Positions 20,187-30,379 of a stretch of 62,650 nt of DNA are shown in pieces; positions within the stretch are counted from its first letter, which is position 1; every line of letters begins with the position of its first letter. The notes below the pieces were generated by a model. The model made no database searches. It had not been told where the DNA came from and saw only the letters and a program-made list of their open reading frames with translations. Source of the DNA: an uncultured SAR86 cluster bacterium (GTDB lineage Bacteria > Pseudomonadota > Gammaproteobacteria > Magnimaribacterales > AG-339-G14); contig CASICS010000002.1 in NCBI GenBank assembly GCA_949373255.1, positions 1 to 62,650 of the forward strand, in the 5' to 3' direction. The position numbers and the translations under genes were made by a program.

Positions 20187-21011
20187 ATGTCAGAAGAAAA
20201 AAAAGAAATAAAACTTCCTATTGATACTTCTTTAGGAAAGCTTCCTCAAAAAGAAAAAGGCTCTTTAGCACCAATTGAGTGTAAGACCATGGAAGAACTG
20301 AGAAGGCATCAATTAGAAAGATTGGCTGCCGGCTTTAGAATGTTTTCTCATTTTGGATATGATGAAGGTATCGCTGGGCACATCACATTAAGAGATCCTG
20401 AATTTCCTCATTATTTCTGGGTAAATCCTTTTGGAATGCATTTTGGACAAATAAATATTTCAGATTTAATTCTTGTTGACCGAGATGGAAATATTGTTCA
20501 AGGTGAAGGAAAAATGCTTAACACAGCAGCTTTTGCTATTCACTCTAGACTGCACGAAGCAAGAGCTGATGTGAATGCTGCTGCTCATTCCCATTCAATG
20601 TATGGAAAATCTTTTTCTACCCTAGGTCGTCTTCTAGAACCTATAACTCAAGATTCATGTGCTTTTTATGAAAACCATGTTTTATTTGATGACTTTACAG
20701 GGGTAGTTCTTGATACTGATGAGGGAGATAAGATAGCCAAAACATTAGGAGATAAAAAAGCAGCAATTCTTAAAAATCATGGGCTTCTTACAACAGGAGA
20801 ATCTGTTGATGCAGCTTTGTGGGCTTTTTTATCCATGGATAGATGCTGTCAATCTCAGCTTATTGCTGAATCTGCGGGGCAGATGGAAAGAATAAGCGAA
20901 GATGTTGCTGAGTTAACTAAATCTCAAGTAGGTAGTGAATTTGCTATGTGGGCAAGTTTTCAACCAATCTACGATCTAATGCTTGAAAAAGACGATAGCT
21001 TCTTAAATTAA
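20187..21011 (+). CDS. Class II aldolase/adducin family protein
   Basis: EGIAGHIT, AFAIHS, AAHSHS, LKNHGLLT. Confidence 0.9.
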   Translation: MSEEKKEIKLPIDTSLGKLPQKEKGSLAPIECKTMEELRRHQLERLAAGFRMFSHFGYDEGIAGHITLRDPEFPHYFWVNPFGMHFGQINISDLILVDRDGNIVQGEGKMLNTAAFAIHSRLHEARADVNAAAHSHSMYGKSFSTLGRLLEPITQDSCAFYENHVLFDDFTGVVLDTDEGDKIAKTLGDKKAAILKNHGLLTTGESVDAALWAFLSMDRCCQSQLIAESAGQMERISEDVAELTKSQVGSEFAMWASFQPIYDLMLEKDDSFLN

Positions 21012-21601
21012 AGAGTTTTTATAAACTGCTCTATAGTATTTTTTCCAAAATACATTTCATCCTCCACAAAGAAGGTAGGAATTCCAAATACCCCTCTTTC
21101 AGCGGCTGCACTTGAATTGGCTATGAGCTTGTCTTTAATTTCTTGAGTTTCCATTAGACTAAATAACTTCTCAGAATCAAAACCTGCATCATCAAAAGCT
21201 TTTTGAATAACTTCAGGATCGTCCATTTTCTTTTCATTTTCCCACATTTCAAGTGACATCTTCGCAATGTATTCTTCTAAAAAACCCTCTTGCTCAGCGG
21301 CTAGCGCTCCTCTCATCAATTTGAGCGTGATTACAGGAAAATGTGGATTCATTTTAAAATTATTTAACCTATGGAATTCAATAAATCTTTTCATCTCGAG
21401 ATTTTCATATTCTAATTTTCCTTTAACCTCACCGAAGGCAATCATAGGAGGTTGGTTATTAGTTAATTTAAATATACCTCCTAGTAATACGGGAATATAA
21501 TTTATGTCAAACCCTATTTCATCTTGATATTTTTTTAAAGCCTTTAAACTTAGGTAGCCGTTAGGACTAGCAAAGTCGAAATAGAAATCTATTTTTTTCA
21601 T
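21008..21601 (-). CDS. 2-hydroxychromene-2-carboxylate isomerase / GST-kappa (DsbA fold)
   Basis: FYFDFASPNGY, GVFGIPTFFV. Confidence 0.88.
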   Translation of the reverse strand: MKKIDFYFDFASPNGYLSLKALKKYQDEIGFDINYIPVLLGGIFKLTNNQPPMIAFGEVKGKLEYENLEMKRFIEFHRLNNFKMNPHFPVITLKLMRGALAAEQEGFLEEYIAKMSLEMWENEKKMDDPEVIQKAFDDAGFDSEKLFSLMETQEIKDKLIANSSAAAERGVFGIPTFFVEDEMYFGKNTIEQFIKTL

Positions 21602-23373
21602 TTTTTACATTCCTCCATAGAATAATTTGATTTATTTCCCGAATCTTTCAATTCTTTAATATAGCGGCATTTAGAAGCAATATCTTTGATTCTGTCATCC
21701 GCAGCTAAGCGAATAAGCTCATCACGGTGAAACAATTGTGATTTAGTCATTCTTATTCCCTTGTCATTAATTGTATCTAAAATGATAAATTTATTGGTAT
21801 CCACATCTAAATTCCATGAATCCCATTTCGGCAGATCATTATTTCTGCCCATTTGAGGATTGCCTGAATATGCAAATTCAGCCCAATAAGACATCATTGC
21901 ATCAGACAACTGCCTTGCGGCAGATTTGTTAGAGTCATTAAAAACATAGTCTTCAAAACCAAACAAAGTCAGCATTCCAGTTACAAAGGTGATTTCAAAT
22001 CCATGAGCAGCACCAAAAATTTTAGAAAAGTCCATCCACAAAAATTTTGGCTCTTCATCCCAATCAAATCTATAAGCATAAACGTCTGGATTTCCAGACC
22101 TGATTAAAGTTCTTGCTGGGTTGTCGACTCCGTTTATTTTCCAATTGTTAGAGGAGTATTCATTTTCAATTTCATACTTCTGCTCATCCTTTATAAAGAT
22201 AAAAATATTTAAAAATCTTCTTACATAATCTGGGTCCATTGAATAAAACAATTTCATTTCGTCTCTATTAGTTCCAAGCATTGTAGGTACTTTGTTAAAT
22301 TGATTTTCCTTAAAGTTCATTCCATCAATTGGCAGCACAAAGCCATCGGCTAAAATTCTTGGAACATTGAACATTCCTCCAAAAGTTGCCTCTGCATATC
22401 CTTCGTGGATTTCTTCTGCTTTTAAGCTTTGCAAGAAATTAGTTAACAATGTTTCGTCCATAGAATCTTGCATAATTTTTGCTTCAAAGCGATCATTTGC
22501 TTGACCTTTGTTAATCAAAAATTTATTAACAGTTTCTTTTGAACTTGTAGGAAGGCCTGGATTTTGATCATCTACATAATTAGAAGCCTCTGCCAATGAG
22601 TAAGACCTTGTGGAGCCGCTTTGCGAAATAGCCCTATGAAAAAGATCTTCTGTAAGAGGCGAAGATATAAGAGAAAAAACATTATGTCCTCCTGCGGATT
22701 CTCCGAAAATAGTTACATTAGACTTATCACCACCAAAATTTTTAATATTCTTTTGCACCCATTTTAAAGCTTCTATTTGATCAAGCAGACCAAAGTTTCC
22801 CGACCTATCTTCTGCAGATTTTCCAGTCTTATTAATACTTGGATGATAGAACCATCCGAGTGGGCCAAGACGGTAATTGATAGTCACTATTATTAAATTA
22901 TGTTGGCTAGCAAGCTTACTAAAATCATAAGCGTTTCCAGTACCTGTAGTATTTCCACCGCCATGAATCCATACCATTACAGGAAAGTTAGAATCCTTAG
23001 ATGAATTTCTCGGCGCATGAATGTTTAAATACAAACAATCTTCTGAGCCGACATAATTAGAAACACTTTCGTCATAATTAACGAAACTTTTCTTTTGAAA
23101 GCATATGTTGGGATTCTCTAAAGCTTTGATGACATCTTTAGATTTACTCTTGGTAACAGGTGCTCGCCATCTCAATTCGCCTACAGGTGCTTCGGCATAT
23201 GGAATACCAGTCCAAGCAACAGAATCATAATGATTTTGAAAGCCAATTATTTGGCCAGAAGAAGAGTCTCTGAGAGTCAGCGGATCTTCAACAATATTTT
23301 TTTTTGAACCATCTTCATTTGAACAACTTAAAAGAATTATAAATAAAAAAAAGTAAGTTAATTTTCTAATCAA
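21598..23373 (-). CDS. Type-B carboxylesterase lipoprotein
   Basis: Lipobox LLSC; SEDCLYLN, WIHGGG, FGESAGG, AAHGFE. Confidence 0.92.
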   Translation of the reverse strand: MIRKLTYFFLFIILLSCSNEDGSKKNIVEDPLTLRDSSSGQIIGFQNHYDSVAWTGIPYAEAPVGELRWRAPVTKSKSKDVIKALENPNICFQKKSFVNYDESVSNYVGSEDCLYLNIHAPRNSSKDSNFPVMVWIHGGGNTTGTGNAYDFSKLASQHNLIIVTINYRLGPLGWFYHPSINKTGKSAEDRSGNFGLLDQIEALKWVQKNIKNFGGDKSNVTIFGESAGGHNVFSLISSPLTEDLFHRAISQSGSTRSYSLAEASNYVDDQNPGLPTSSKETVNKFLINKGQANDRFEAKIMQDSMDETLLTNFLQSLKAEEIHEGYAEATFGGMFNVPRILADGFVLPIDGMNFKENQFNKVPTMLGTNRDEMKLFYSMDPDYVRRFLNIFIFIKDEQKYEIENEYSSNNWKINGVDNPARTLIRSGNPDVYAYRFDWDEEPKFLWMDFSKIFGAAHGFEITFVTGMLTLFGFEDYVFNDSNKSAARQLSDAMMSYWAEFAYSGNPQMGRNNDLPKWDSWNLDVDTNKFIILDTINDKGIRMTKSQLFHRDELIRLAADDRIKDIASKCRYIKELKDSGNKSNYSMEECKK

Positions 23374-23453
23374 AGCATTCCCCTAATAAATAAGTTTATG
23401 AAACTAAACTCTTTAGTTATTATGCAAGAATATAAATAAAAAAAGAAATAATT

Positions 23454-24671
23454 ATGGAAATATCACCAATACCAACTCTTTCGAGTGAAATAAATGAAAT
23501 TAGAGAAAAGACAGCAACAATTGTTGCTGAGAAAATTATCCCTAACGAAAGTCTAATCCATCAAGGCGGTGATTCAGCTAAAAAATTAAGAGAGGAAGTT
23601 AAGAATGAAGTGAAAAGTAATAATCTTTGGGCGCCACATCTACCAAAAGAATATGGAGGTATGGGCATTGGATTTATGGCTCATGCTTATATGAATGAAA
23701 TTCTTGCTTGGTCTCCCCTATCTAATAGGTTGTTTGGTGTCATTGCTCCCAATTCCGGAAATCAAAAAATACTTTTAAAATATGGGACAGATGATCAAAA
23801 AAAGAAATGGCTAGAGCCCTTAATAGCTGGAGACATGGAATCGGCTTTCTCTATGACTGAACCTGATAATGCTGGATCAGACCCTAGATCACTAACTACT
23901 ACTGCAAAAAAAGAAGGAGATGAATGGGTTATTAATGGGCATAAAGTTATGACTTCAAATGGTATAAGAGCTGATTTTGCAATAGTCATGTGTAGAACAG
24001 AAGAAGAGGACGATAGCGGAGAAGTTAATTCAAGAATGACTCAAATTATCGTGCCAACCGATACATCTGGGTTCAATATCATAAGATCAGTACCAATTTG
24101 GGGTCGAACTGGCGGTGATCATGTGGAAATAAAGTATGAAAATGTCAGAGTTCCTATTGAGAATCAATTGGGTGCAAGGGGCTCGGGACATGCAGCTGCT
24201 CAGGATAGATTGGGCGCAGGAAGAGTATTTCATTGCATGAATAGTATTGGACAAATGTGGAGAGCATTTGATTTGATGATGCAAAGAACAACAACTAGGG
24301 AAGTTCACGGCGGCCTTTTAGAATCAAAACAATTAATTCAGGGGTTCATTGCCGACTCTTACATTGATATTCAGACTGCAAGATTAATGACAATTCATTG
24401 TGCTGAAATTATGGATTCGGATGGAGATCCAAGAGTCGATATATCAGCTATTAAAATTTATGTTCCAGCTGCTATGCATCGAGTGGTTGATAGAGCCATA
24501 CAAGTGTATGGATGGAAAGGCGTCTCTGCTGATTTGCCTCTTTTTGGAATGTATCAGGGTGCAAGGACTCTTAGACTTGCAGATGGTCCAGATGAAGTTC
24601 ATAGAATATTAATTGCGAAGCAAATACTAAAAAAATATAAAGAAGGACACTCTTGGGATTTTGGTATCTAA
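23454..24671 (+). CDS. Acyl-CoA dehydrogenase
   Basis: FSMTEPD..GSD, INGHK, RLADGPDEVH. Confidence 0.93.
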   Translation: MEISPIPTLSSEINEIREKTATIVAEKIIPNESLIHQGGDSAKKLREEVKNEVKSNNLWAPHLPKEYGGMGIGFMAHAYMNEILAWSPLSNRLFGVIAPNSGNQKILLKYGTDDQKKKWLEPLIAGDMESAFSMTEPDNAGSDPRSLTTTAKKEGDEWVINGHKVMTSNGIRADFAIVMCRTEEEDDSGEVNSRMTQIIVPTDTSGFNIIRSVPIWGRTGGDHVEIKYENVRVPIENQLGARGSGHAAAQDRLGAGRVFHCMNSIGQMWRAFDLMMQRTTTREVHGGLLESKQLIQGFIADSYIDIQTARLMTIHCAEIMDSDGDPRVDISAIKIYVPAAMHRVVDRAIQVYGWKGVSADLPLFGMYQGARTLRLADGPDEVHRILIAKQILKKYKEGHSWDFGI

Positions 24672-24674
24672 ACT

Positions 24675-25127
24675 TTACTTATAGATTATCTCAGCGTCAC
24701 TACCAATATTATCTTTAATAAAATCTATACCTGGAAATGCTGCTAATTTAATTGAAGAGCTTGCTGTTGCAATCAAGTTATTATCTTGAAATAACTCAGC
24801 AGACAAAAAACCTATTGAATTTCCAAGTTTTATAATTTTTGATCTGGCGATAGTTAAACCAGGCTTACCAGCAGACATAAAATTAACATTTATATCTATA
24901 GACATCGGTGTTTTTTGAAAGTCGGTCATCTGCATTACTAAAAAAGCCATTGAACAATCTAACATCGTTGTAATAAATCCACCTTGAATGATAGTTCCAT
25001 TTGAATGGCAATAATCTGAACTTGGAACAAAGGACATTTCAAGACTTTCATCCTTAAAATTAATTTTAAGAATTTTAGCTTTTAATGCTTCTATATAGAC
25101 CGGAACAGAAGAATTTTTATTATCCAT
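24675..25127 (-). CDS. PaaI family hotdog thioesterase
   Basis: GTIIQGGFITTMLD motif. Confidence 0.82.
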   Translation of the reverse strand: MDNKNSSVPVYIEALKAKILKINFKDESLEMSFVPSSDYCHSNGTIIQGGFITTMLDCSMAFLVMQMTDFQKTPMSIDINVNFMSAGKPGLTIARSKIIKLGNSIGFLSAELFQDNNLIATASSSIKLAAFPGIDFIKDNIGSDAEIIYK

Positions 25128-25135
25128 AATATTTT

Positions 25136-26533
25136 TTAAATAGCAGAAAAAGTTTCGATTGCTCTTTTTCTAGATGAGGACAAATCAACAATCATTTTTG
25201 GATAATTTAATTTGGCTCTCAAATCTAATTCAGGATTGTGAACTTCTTTGGGCGAAAGATCAGAAAGAAGTGGAATAAATTTCTTTATAAAATCACCCTC
25301 CTTATCAAATTTTTCTGATTGAGTGATCGGATTAAAAATTCTAAAATAAGGCGCAGCATCTACTCCGGTTGAAGCGCTCCACTGCCACCCACCTACATTT
25401 GATGCATGATCACCATCAATTAAATTTTTCATAAAATATTCCTCACCTTTTTTCCAATCGATTAGTAAATTTTTACTCAAAAACATCGCAACTACCATTC
25501 TCAATCTATTATGCATCCAACCCGTTTCATTTAATTGAGTCATTGCGGCATCTATAAGCGGTATACCAGTTTTTCCATTACACCATGCATCGAATGACTT
25601 CGGATCATCACGCCAAACAACATTCTCATACTTTTCATTAAAAGATTTTTTCATGCTAACTCGAGGGTAGTGATAAATAATATATTTATAAAATTCTCTC
25701 CATATTACTTCATTGAACCAAGAGTACTCCCCTGTTCCTGGAGAATCCTCAGATTGATTTAATAGTAAATTAACGCATGTTTTTGCAGAGATAACTCCAG
25801 AGGCAAAGTAAGGAGATAAGCCACTTGTAGAATCTAATTTTGGGAAATCTCTATATTTTTTATAATCGCTTATTTTGGAATTGAGAAAATCCTCTACAGT
25901 TTTTAAAGCTGAATTTTCGCCTGGTGGGTATAGAGATATCGCATTTTTATGATTATTATTTTCAAGATTAAATTCGGGAATTTGATCGCTTCCGTTAAAT
26001 ATTTTTTTTTGTTTTTTTGGTCCTGGGGTGAGTTCTAAGAAGTTTTTATCAAGCAAAGACCGAAAAGCTCTTGAGAAAGGAGTGAAAACTTTAAAAAAAG
26101 TATCAGATCCAGTCTTAATTAGATCAGGATTGATGATTGATGAATCAAAACTATTAAATTGAATATTTTTAGTTAAAAGTAATTTTTCAAGATCGCTATC
26201 TCTTCTTCTTTCATTTATTCCATACTCTCTATTTAAATAAATCCCTGACGCATTGACTCTCAAGGCCTCTTCTACAATCTTTTGTGCCTCTTCTTCAATT
26301 CCGTTAGCATGAATAATTTTTAAATTTATATTTAATTCATTTAAATCTTTTTTAAGAATCTCTAAATTGAGTAATTGAAATTTTATTTTTAATGGGCTTT
26401 CATTGTGATCGTTCCATTTTTTTGGATTGAAAATAAAAACTGCCTCCAAGCTATCTGATTTTTGAGAAGCCTCGAACAATGCTTTATTATCAGCAAGCCG
26501 AAGATCGTTAGAAAATATATAAAGGTTACTCAT
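25136..26533 (-). CDS. phrB: Class I CPD DNA photolyase
   Basis: DLRLADN, TSGLSPY, WREFY, GWMHNRLRM, GGWQWSAS, FRIFNP. Confidence 0.93.
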   Translation of the reverse strand: MSNLYIFSNDLRLADNKALFEASQKSDSLEAVFIFNPKKWNDHNESPLKIKFQLLNLEILKKDLNELNINLKIIHANGIEEEAQKIVEEALRVNASGIYLNREYGINERRRDSDLEKLLLTKNIQFNSFDSSIINPDLIKTGSDTFFKVFTPFSRAFRSLLDKNFLELTPGPKKQKKIFNGSDQIPEFNLENNNHKNAISLYPPGENSALKTVEDFLNSKISDYKKYRDFPKLDSTSGLSPYFASGVISAKTCVNLLLNQSEDSPGTGEYSWFNEVIWREFYKYIIYHYPRVSMKKSFNEKYENVVWRDDPKSFDAWCNGKTGIPLIDAAMTQLNETGWMHNRLRMVVAMFLSKNLLIDWKKGEEYFMKNLIDGDHASNVGGWQWSASTGVDAAPYFRIFNPITQSEKFDKEGDFIKKFIPLLSDLSPKEVHNPELDLRAKLNYPKMIVDLSSSRKRAIETFSAI

Positions 26534-26552
26534 GTTTTAGTGATTATCAAAG

Positions 26553-26666
26553 ATTTGGATATATTAGCGGGTTACTCCGTTATGAAGCAACCCGTATAAT
26601 TCGAGCTAAGGAGAGATTCTGGGGAGAAAAAGTAAGCTCGAATAAGACGAGTTTATATATCTAAAT
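26553..26666 (-). ncRNA. Candidate structured sRNA or phrB leader
   Basis: 11-bp hairpin 26568-26594 with G-U pairs on the minus strand; 9-bp perfect stem 26599-26607/26635-26643 around a CU-rich loop; outer stem 26553-26564/26655-26666. Confidence 0.45.
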
Positions 26667-26707
26667 TTAAATAGGGGTTATAAATATGGTGAATTTAGTT
26701 ATAAGCA

Positions 26708-27886
26708 TTATTTGATTACCTTAAACTCTATTTCAGCATTCTTTAATCTATTGATAAGAGCGTCTCCCAGGCCGACGGCAGAAGTTAACACGCCCCCATA
26801 CTCATTGCCACCTGGAAGGTCTTCAGCTTTAGCTAGAGTCAATGCTGACTCGCAAACTAACTTGGATGTAGATTTATATCCAGGATCTCCAGATCCATAT
26901 AAAGAACAAATTTTTATTTCTCCATCTTCCGCTTGCGCAACAAAGGTTGATCTAAACCAGCCCTTATCTTGCATTTCTTGACTTGGGCCTTCTCCTGGTT
27001 TCAAGAGAAAAGGTCTAACCAAGTATTTGATTGGTGTACTTATGACTATAAATGCTGTTAATAAACCATATGATGCAATCCTAGCGAGTCTTTTAGTCTG
27101 GAACAAACCATGCTCACCAAAACTAAAATTATTTCCATAAGGCTTCTGATTTTGCTCCATTAATGCAGCAGACCTTCTTACAACTCTTGTGTTTGCAACA
27201 GCCATTAATCCCATTCCCGACCAGCCTTCTAAGGCTTCTATTTTTTCTATCTGAAAACCATCTTTAGAATTTTCGCGCTGTTCAGCGGAAACTGTTCCTT
27301 TAGGATTTAGCACAAAAGGATCTCTCATCTCTTTGGTTAATTTTCCCATGGAAAACATTGTTTCAGTTGTACCGCCAGATGCCGTACCTAATGCTTCTTG
27401 ATATACATCAATCCTTTTAACTGGTTTATCAAACTGGGAAACAGTAAAGAAAGCACCAATGTCTGAAGGAATAGAATCATAACCACAAGAAGGAATGATT
27501 CTTATTCCTTTAGATGCAGCTTCTTCGTGATGTTTCTCGATTAAACCTCTTACCCAATGATTCTCGCCTGTAATATCTGTGTAGTGTGCACCCTCTTCAA
27601 CGCAGGCTTGAACCAATAAAGAGCCGTATCTTGCAAAAGGACCAGCGGTTGATAATACGACCTTCGTTTGTCCTGCAAGAACCCTTAAAGCGTCTAAATC
27701 ACCTCCATCAGCAATAATGACATCGCAACTTAAATTAAGATCTGCTTTTACTTTTTCTAGTTTATCTTTATTACGTCCAGCAATTGCCCAAGTTAAATCA
27801 GAATAATTTTTATTTAAATATTTTCCACAAAGCTGCCCAGTAAAACCAGTTGCGCCATAAACGATTAGTTCGTATTTTTTTTCCAC
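26708..27886 (-). CDS. Saccharopine dehydrogenase-like / trans-acting enoyl reductase family
   Basis: YGATGFTG, AGR, AGPF, YTDITGE, CGYDSIPSD, GDPGY. Confidence 0.88.
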   Translation of the reverse strand: MEKKYELIVYGATGFTGQLCGKYLNKNYSDLTWAIAGRNKDKLEKVKADLNLSCDVIIADGGDLDALRVLAGQTKVVLSTAGPFARYGSLLVQACVEEGAHYTDITGENHWVRGLIEKHHEEAASKGIRIIPSCGYDSIPSDIGAFFTVSQFDKPVKRIDVYQEALGTASGGTTETMFSMGKLTKEMRDPFVLNPKGTVSAEQRENSKDGFQIEKIEALEGWSGMGLMAVANTRVVRRSAALMEQNQKPYGNNFSFGEHGLFQTKRLARIASYGLLTAFIVISTPIKYLVRPFLLKPGEGPSQEMQDKGWFRSTFVAQAEDGEIKICSLYGSGDPGYKSTSKLVCESALTLAKAEDLPGGNEYGGVLTSAVGLGDALINRLKNAEIEFKVIK

Positions 27887-27941
27887 AAAAACTCCTTTAA
27901 AAATTAAATATTAATAAAGGGATTTTACATAGAATTCAATT

Positions 27942-29309
27942 TTATGATTCTTTATTTGAACTCTTTTTAAAAAAATCAGTTGAACTGTAGGGAAATAATG
28001 CAAAGCTTAAAATATTTTCTTCGGAAATACTCAAATCTTTTAAAGAATTTTTTTTACAAAAACTTTCTAAATCTTTTTTAAGTTCTTCAAAATTATTTAC
28101 AATAAAGTCCGCTGGTCTGGTCGTTATAGGCTCCATTTTTTCTTTTGCTAATGACCTTAATTCCTTTTTAACCTCTCCATATATTTTTCCATATTTACCT
28201 GAAATTAGATTAATCATTTCCATGGATAAATTCTTATATCTTTCTTGATCTGTAACATTGGCTAAGGCCTGGGCTCCAACTATTTGTGAAACCGGCGTTA
28301 CTAATGGTGGATAACCTAAATCTCTTCTTACTTTAGGTATTTCGTTTATCACATCATCTAATTTTTCCTCTTGTTTTAATAACTTTAGTTGAGTTTCTAG
28401 ATTAGAAAGCATCCCACCGGGAACTTGCCTGACGAGCATCTGAACATCAACTCCTTTTAAACTGCCTTCATACTCGGAGTACTTGTTTCTCAATTTTTTA
28501 AAATGGTCACTTATTTTATCTAACTTTAATAAGTCTAAATTTGATGCAAAGTTTGTATCTTCTAACATTGAAACTAATGTTTCTGTAGCAGAGTGTCCAT
28601 AAGTCATGCTCATGGACGATATAGAAGTATCAATATTATCAATGCCCGCTTCGATTGCTTTAAGGTTAGTTGCTGCTGACATTCCAGTAGTTGCGTGTGT
28701 TTGCATATGAATAGGTACAGAAATCTCTTTTTTTAACTTTGAAACTAAATTAAATGCATCGTATGGTTTTAAAATTCCCGACATATCCTTGATGGCAATT
28801 GAATCAGCTCCAAGGTCTTCCATTTCTTTAGCTAAATCTATCCAATAATTTAAACCGTGTATGGGACTTGTTGTATAAGCCATTGCTGCTTGAGCGTGTC
28901 TGTTATTTTCTTTAATTTGCAATATTGAGAATCTAATATTATTGACGTCATTCAAGGCATCAAAAACTCTAAATATGTCTATTCCGTTTTCTGCAGATTT
29001 ATTTATAAATTTTGCAACTATTTGATCACTGAAATGTTTATATCCAACTAGATTTTGCCCTCTTAAAAGCATTTGTTGTGGTGTTTTTGGCATAGCTTTT
29101 TTTAACTGCCTTAATCTTTCCCAAGGATCTTCATTTAGATGCCTTAAGCAAACATCAAAAGTCGCACCGCCCCATGATTCAATTGACCAAAATCCAATTT
29201 CATCTATCTGCGAAGCAATGGGTAAAATATCTTCTAAAGAGAGCCTGGTAGAAATTAAAGACTGATTTCCGTCTCTTAAAACAACTTCTGTTATACCTAC
29301 TTTTTTCAT
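27942..29309 (-). CDS. Oxaloacetate decarboxylase alpha / pyruvate carboxylase carboxyltransferase domain without a biotinyl domain
   Basis: LRDGNQSL, WGGATFD, EDPWERL, IKDMSG, HxH, QVPGGM, GYPPLVTP; no C-terminal EAMKM. Confidence 0.88.
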   Translation of the reverse strand: MKKVGITEVVLRDGNQSLISTRLSLEDILPIASQIDEIGFWSIESWGGATFDVCLRHLNEDPWERLRQLKKAMPKTPQQMLLRGQNLVGYKHFSDQIVAKFINKSAENGIDIFRVFDALNDVNNIRFSILQIKENNRHAQAAMAYTTSPIHGLNYWIDLAKEMEDLGADSIAIKDMSGILKPYDAFNLVSKLKKEISVPIHMQTHATTGMSAATNLKAIEAGIDNIDTSISSMSMTYGHSATETLVSMLEDTNFASNLDLLKLDKISDHFKKLRNKYSEYEGSLKGVDVQMLVRQVPGGMLSNLETQLKLLKQEEKLDDVINEIPKVRRDLGYPPLVTPVSQIVGAQALANVTDQERYKNLSMEMINLISGKYGKIYGEVKKELRSLAKEKMEPITTRPADFIVNNFEELKKDLESFCKKNSLKDLSISEENILSFALFPYSSTDFFKKSSNKES

Positions 29310-29316
29310 AGATTAG

Positions 29317-29348
29317 ATTTTATACAAAAAGTGACAATATGTCATTTT
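29317..29348 (-). promoter_or_regulatory. Sigma70-like promoter with an overlapping palindromic operator
   Basis: ATGACA(-35)-17 bp-TAAAAT(-10)-7 nt-ATG; palindrome aaagTGACA-ata-TGTCAtttt at 29328-29348. Confidence 0.55.
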
Positions 29349-29506
29349 GGTTGATAATGTTCTAATTTTTTGACGTTTTTTTTCATCAAATTTTTAAATC
29401 AAAATCAATTTTATTCGGAATTATCTTTGCCCCATAAAAGCTCTATTAAATTAAGTAAATCTAAATTAGATAAAGACATGTTAATAAAAAAACGGTTATT
29501 TTTTAT

Positions 29507-30379
29507 TTAAGACTCCAAGGAGCTCAAAATAGTTTTCCCAATGTCAGTCAAGCTTCTTACAGTTTTAACTCCGGCACTCTCTAAAGCCTTAAACTTTTCA
29601 TCTGCGGTTCCTTTCCCACCTGAAATAATGGCGCCTGCATGACCCATTCTTTTGCCCGCGGGAGCACTTGCTCCTGCTATATAAGCCACTATAGGTTTAG
29701 TAATATTGCTTTTAATAAAAGTGGCAGCCTCTTCTTCTGCTGTTCCGCCGATTTCTCCCACCATGACTATAGCTTCAGTTTGCTCATCTTCTTGAAACAA
29801 TTTTAAAATATCTATAAAGCTTGATCCTGGAATCGGATCGCCGCCGATACCAACACAGGTACTTTGACCAAATCCAGCTTTGGTAACCTGATCAACTGCT
29901 TCGTATGTCAGCGTGCCAGAACGAGAAACTATTCCTATTTTTCCCGATTGATGAATATCTGCAGGCATTATTCCTAGCTTACAAGATCCTGGTGTAATCA
30001 AACCTGGACAGTTAGGACCTATAATTATCGAGCCTAAATTATCTGCTTTTATTTTTATAGAAATCATATCCAAAGTTGGAATGCCCTCTGTAATTACAAT
30101 AATTAATTTAATTCCCGCATCTAGTGCTTCATTTATAGAATCCATGCAAAACTTTGCAGGTACAAAGATTAGAGATGTGTTGGCATCAGTAATCTCAACA
30201 GCTTCTTTAACTGAATCAAAGACGGGTCTATCTAAATGAACTTGACCAGATTTTCCTGGGGTTACGCCACCGACTAAATTAGTACCATAAGCAATTGCTT
30301 GTTCACAGTGCATAGTTGCCTGAGATCCTGTAAATCCCTGACAGATGGCGATAGTATTTTCATCGATCAAAATACTCAT
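29507..30379 (-). CDS. sucD: Succinyl-CoA synthetase alpha subunit
   Basis: [27 protein letters not shown]. Confidence 0.97.
   Translation of the reverse strand: MSILIDENTIAICQGFTGSQATMHCEQAIAYGTNLVGGVTPGKSGQVHLDRPVFDSVKEAVEITDANTSLIFVPAKFCMDSINEALDAGIKLIIVITEGIPTLDMISIKIKADNLGSIIIGPNCPGLITPGSCKLGIMPADIHQSGKIGIVSRSGTLTYEAVDQVTKAGFGQSTCVGIGGDPIPGSSFIDILKLFQEDEQTEAIVMVGEIGGTAEEEAATFIKSNITKPIVAYIAGASAPAGKRMGHAGAIISGGKGTADEKFKALESAGVKTVRSLTDIGKTILSSLES

Noticed and set aside
29483-29506. Hairpin after sucD as an intrinsic terminator
   Set aside because: The stem is A/T only and too weak to call with confidence.
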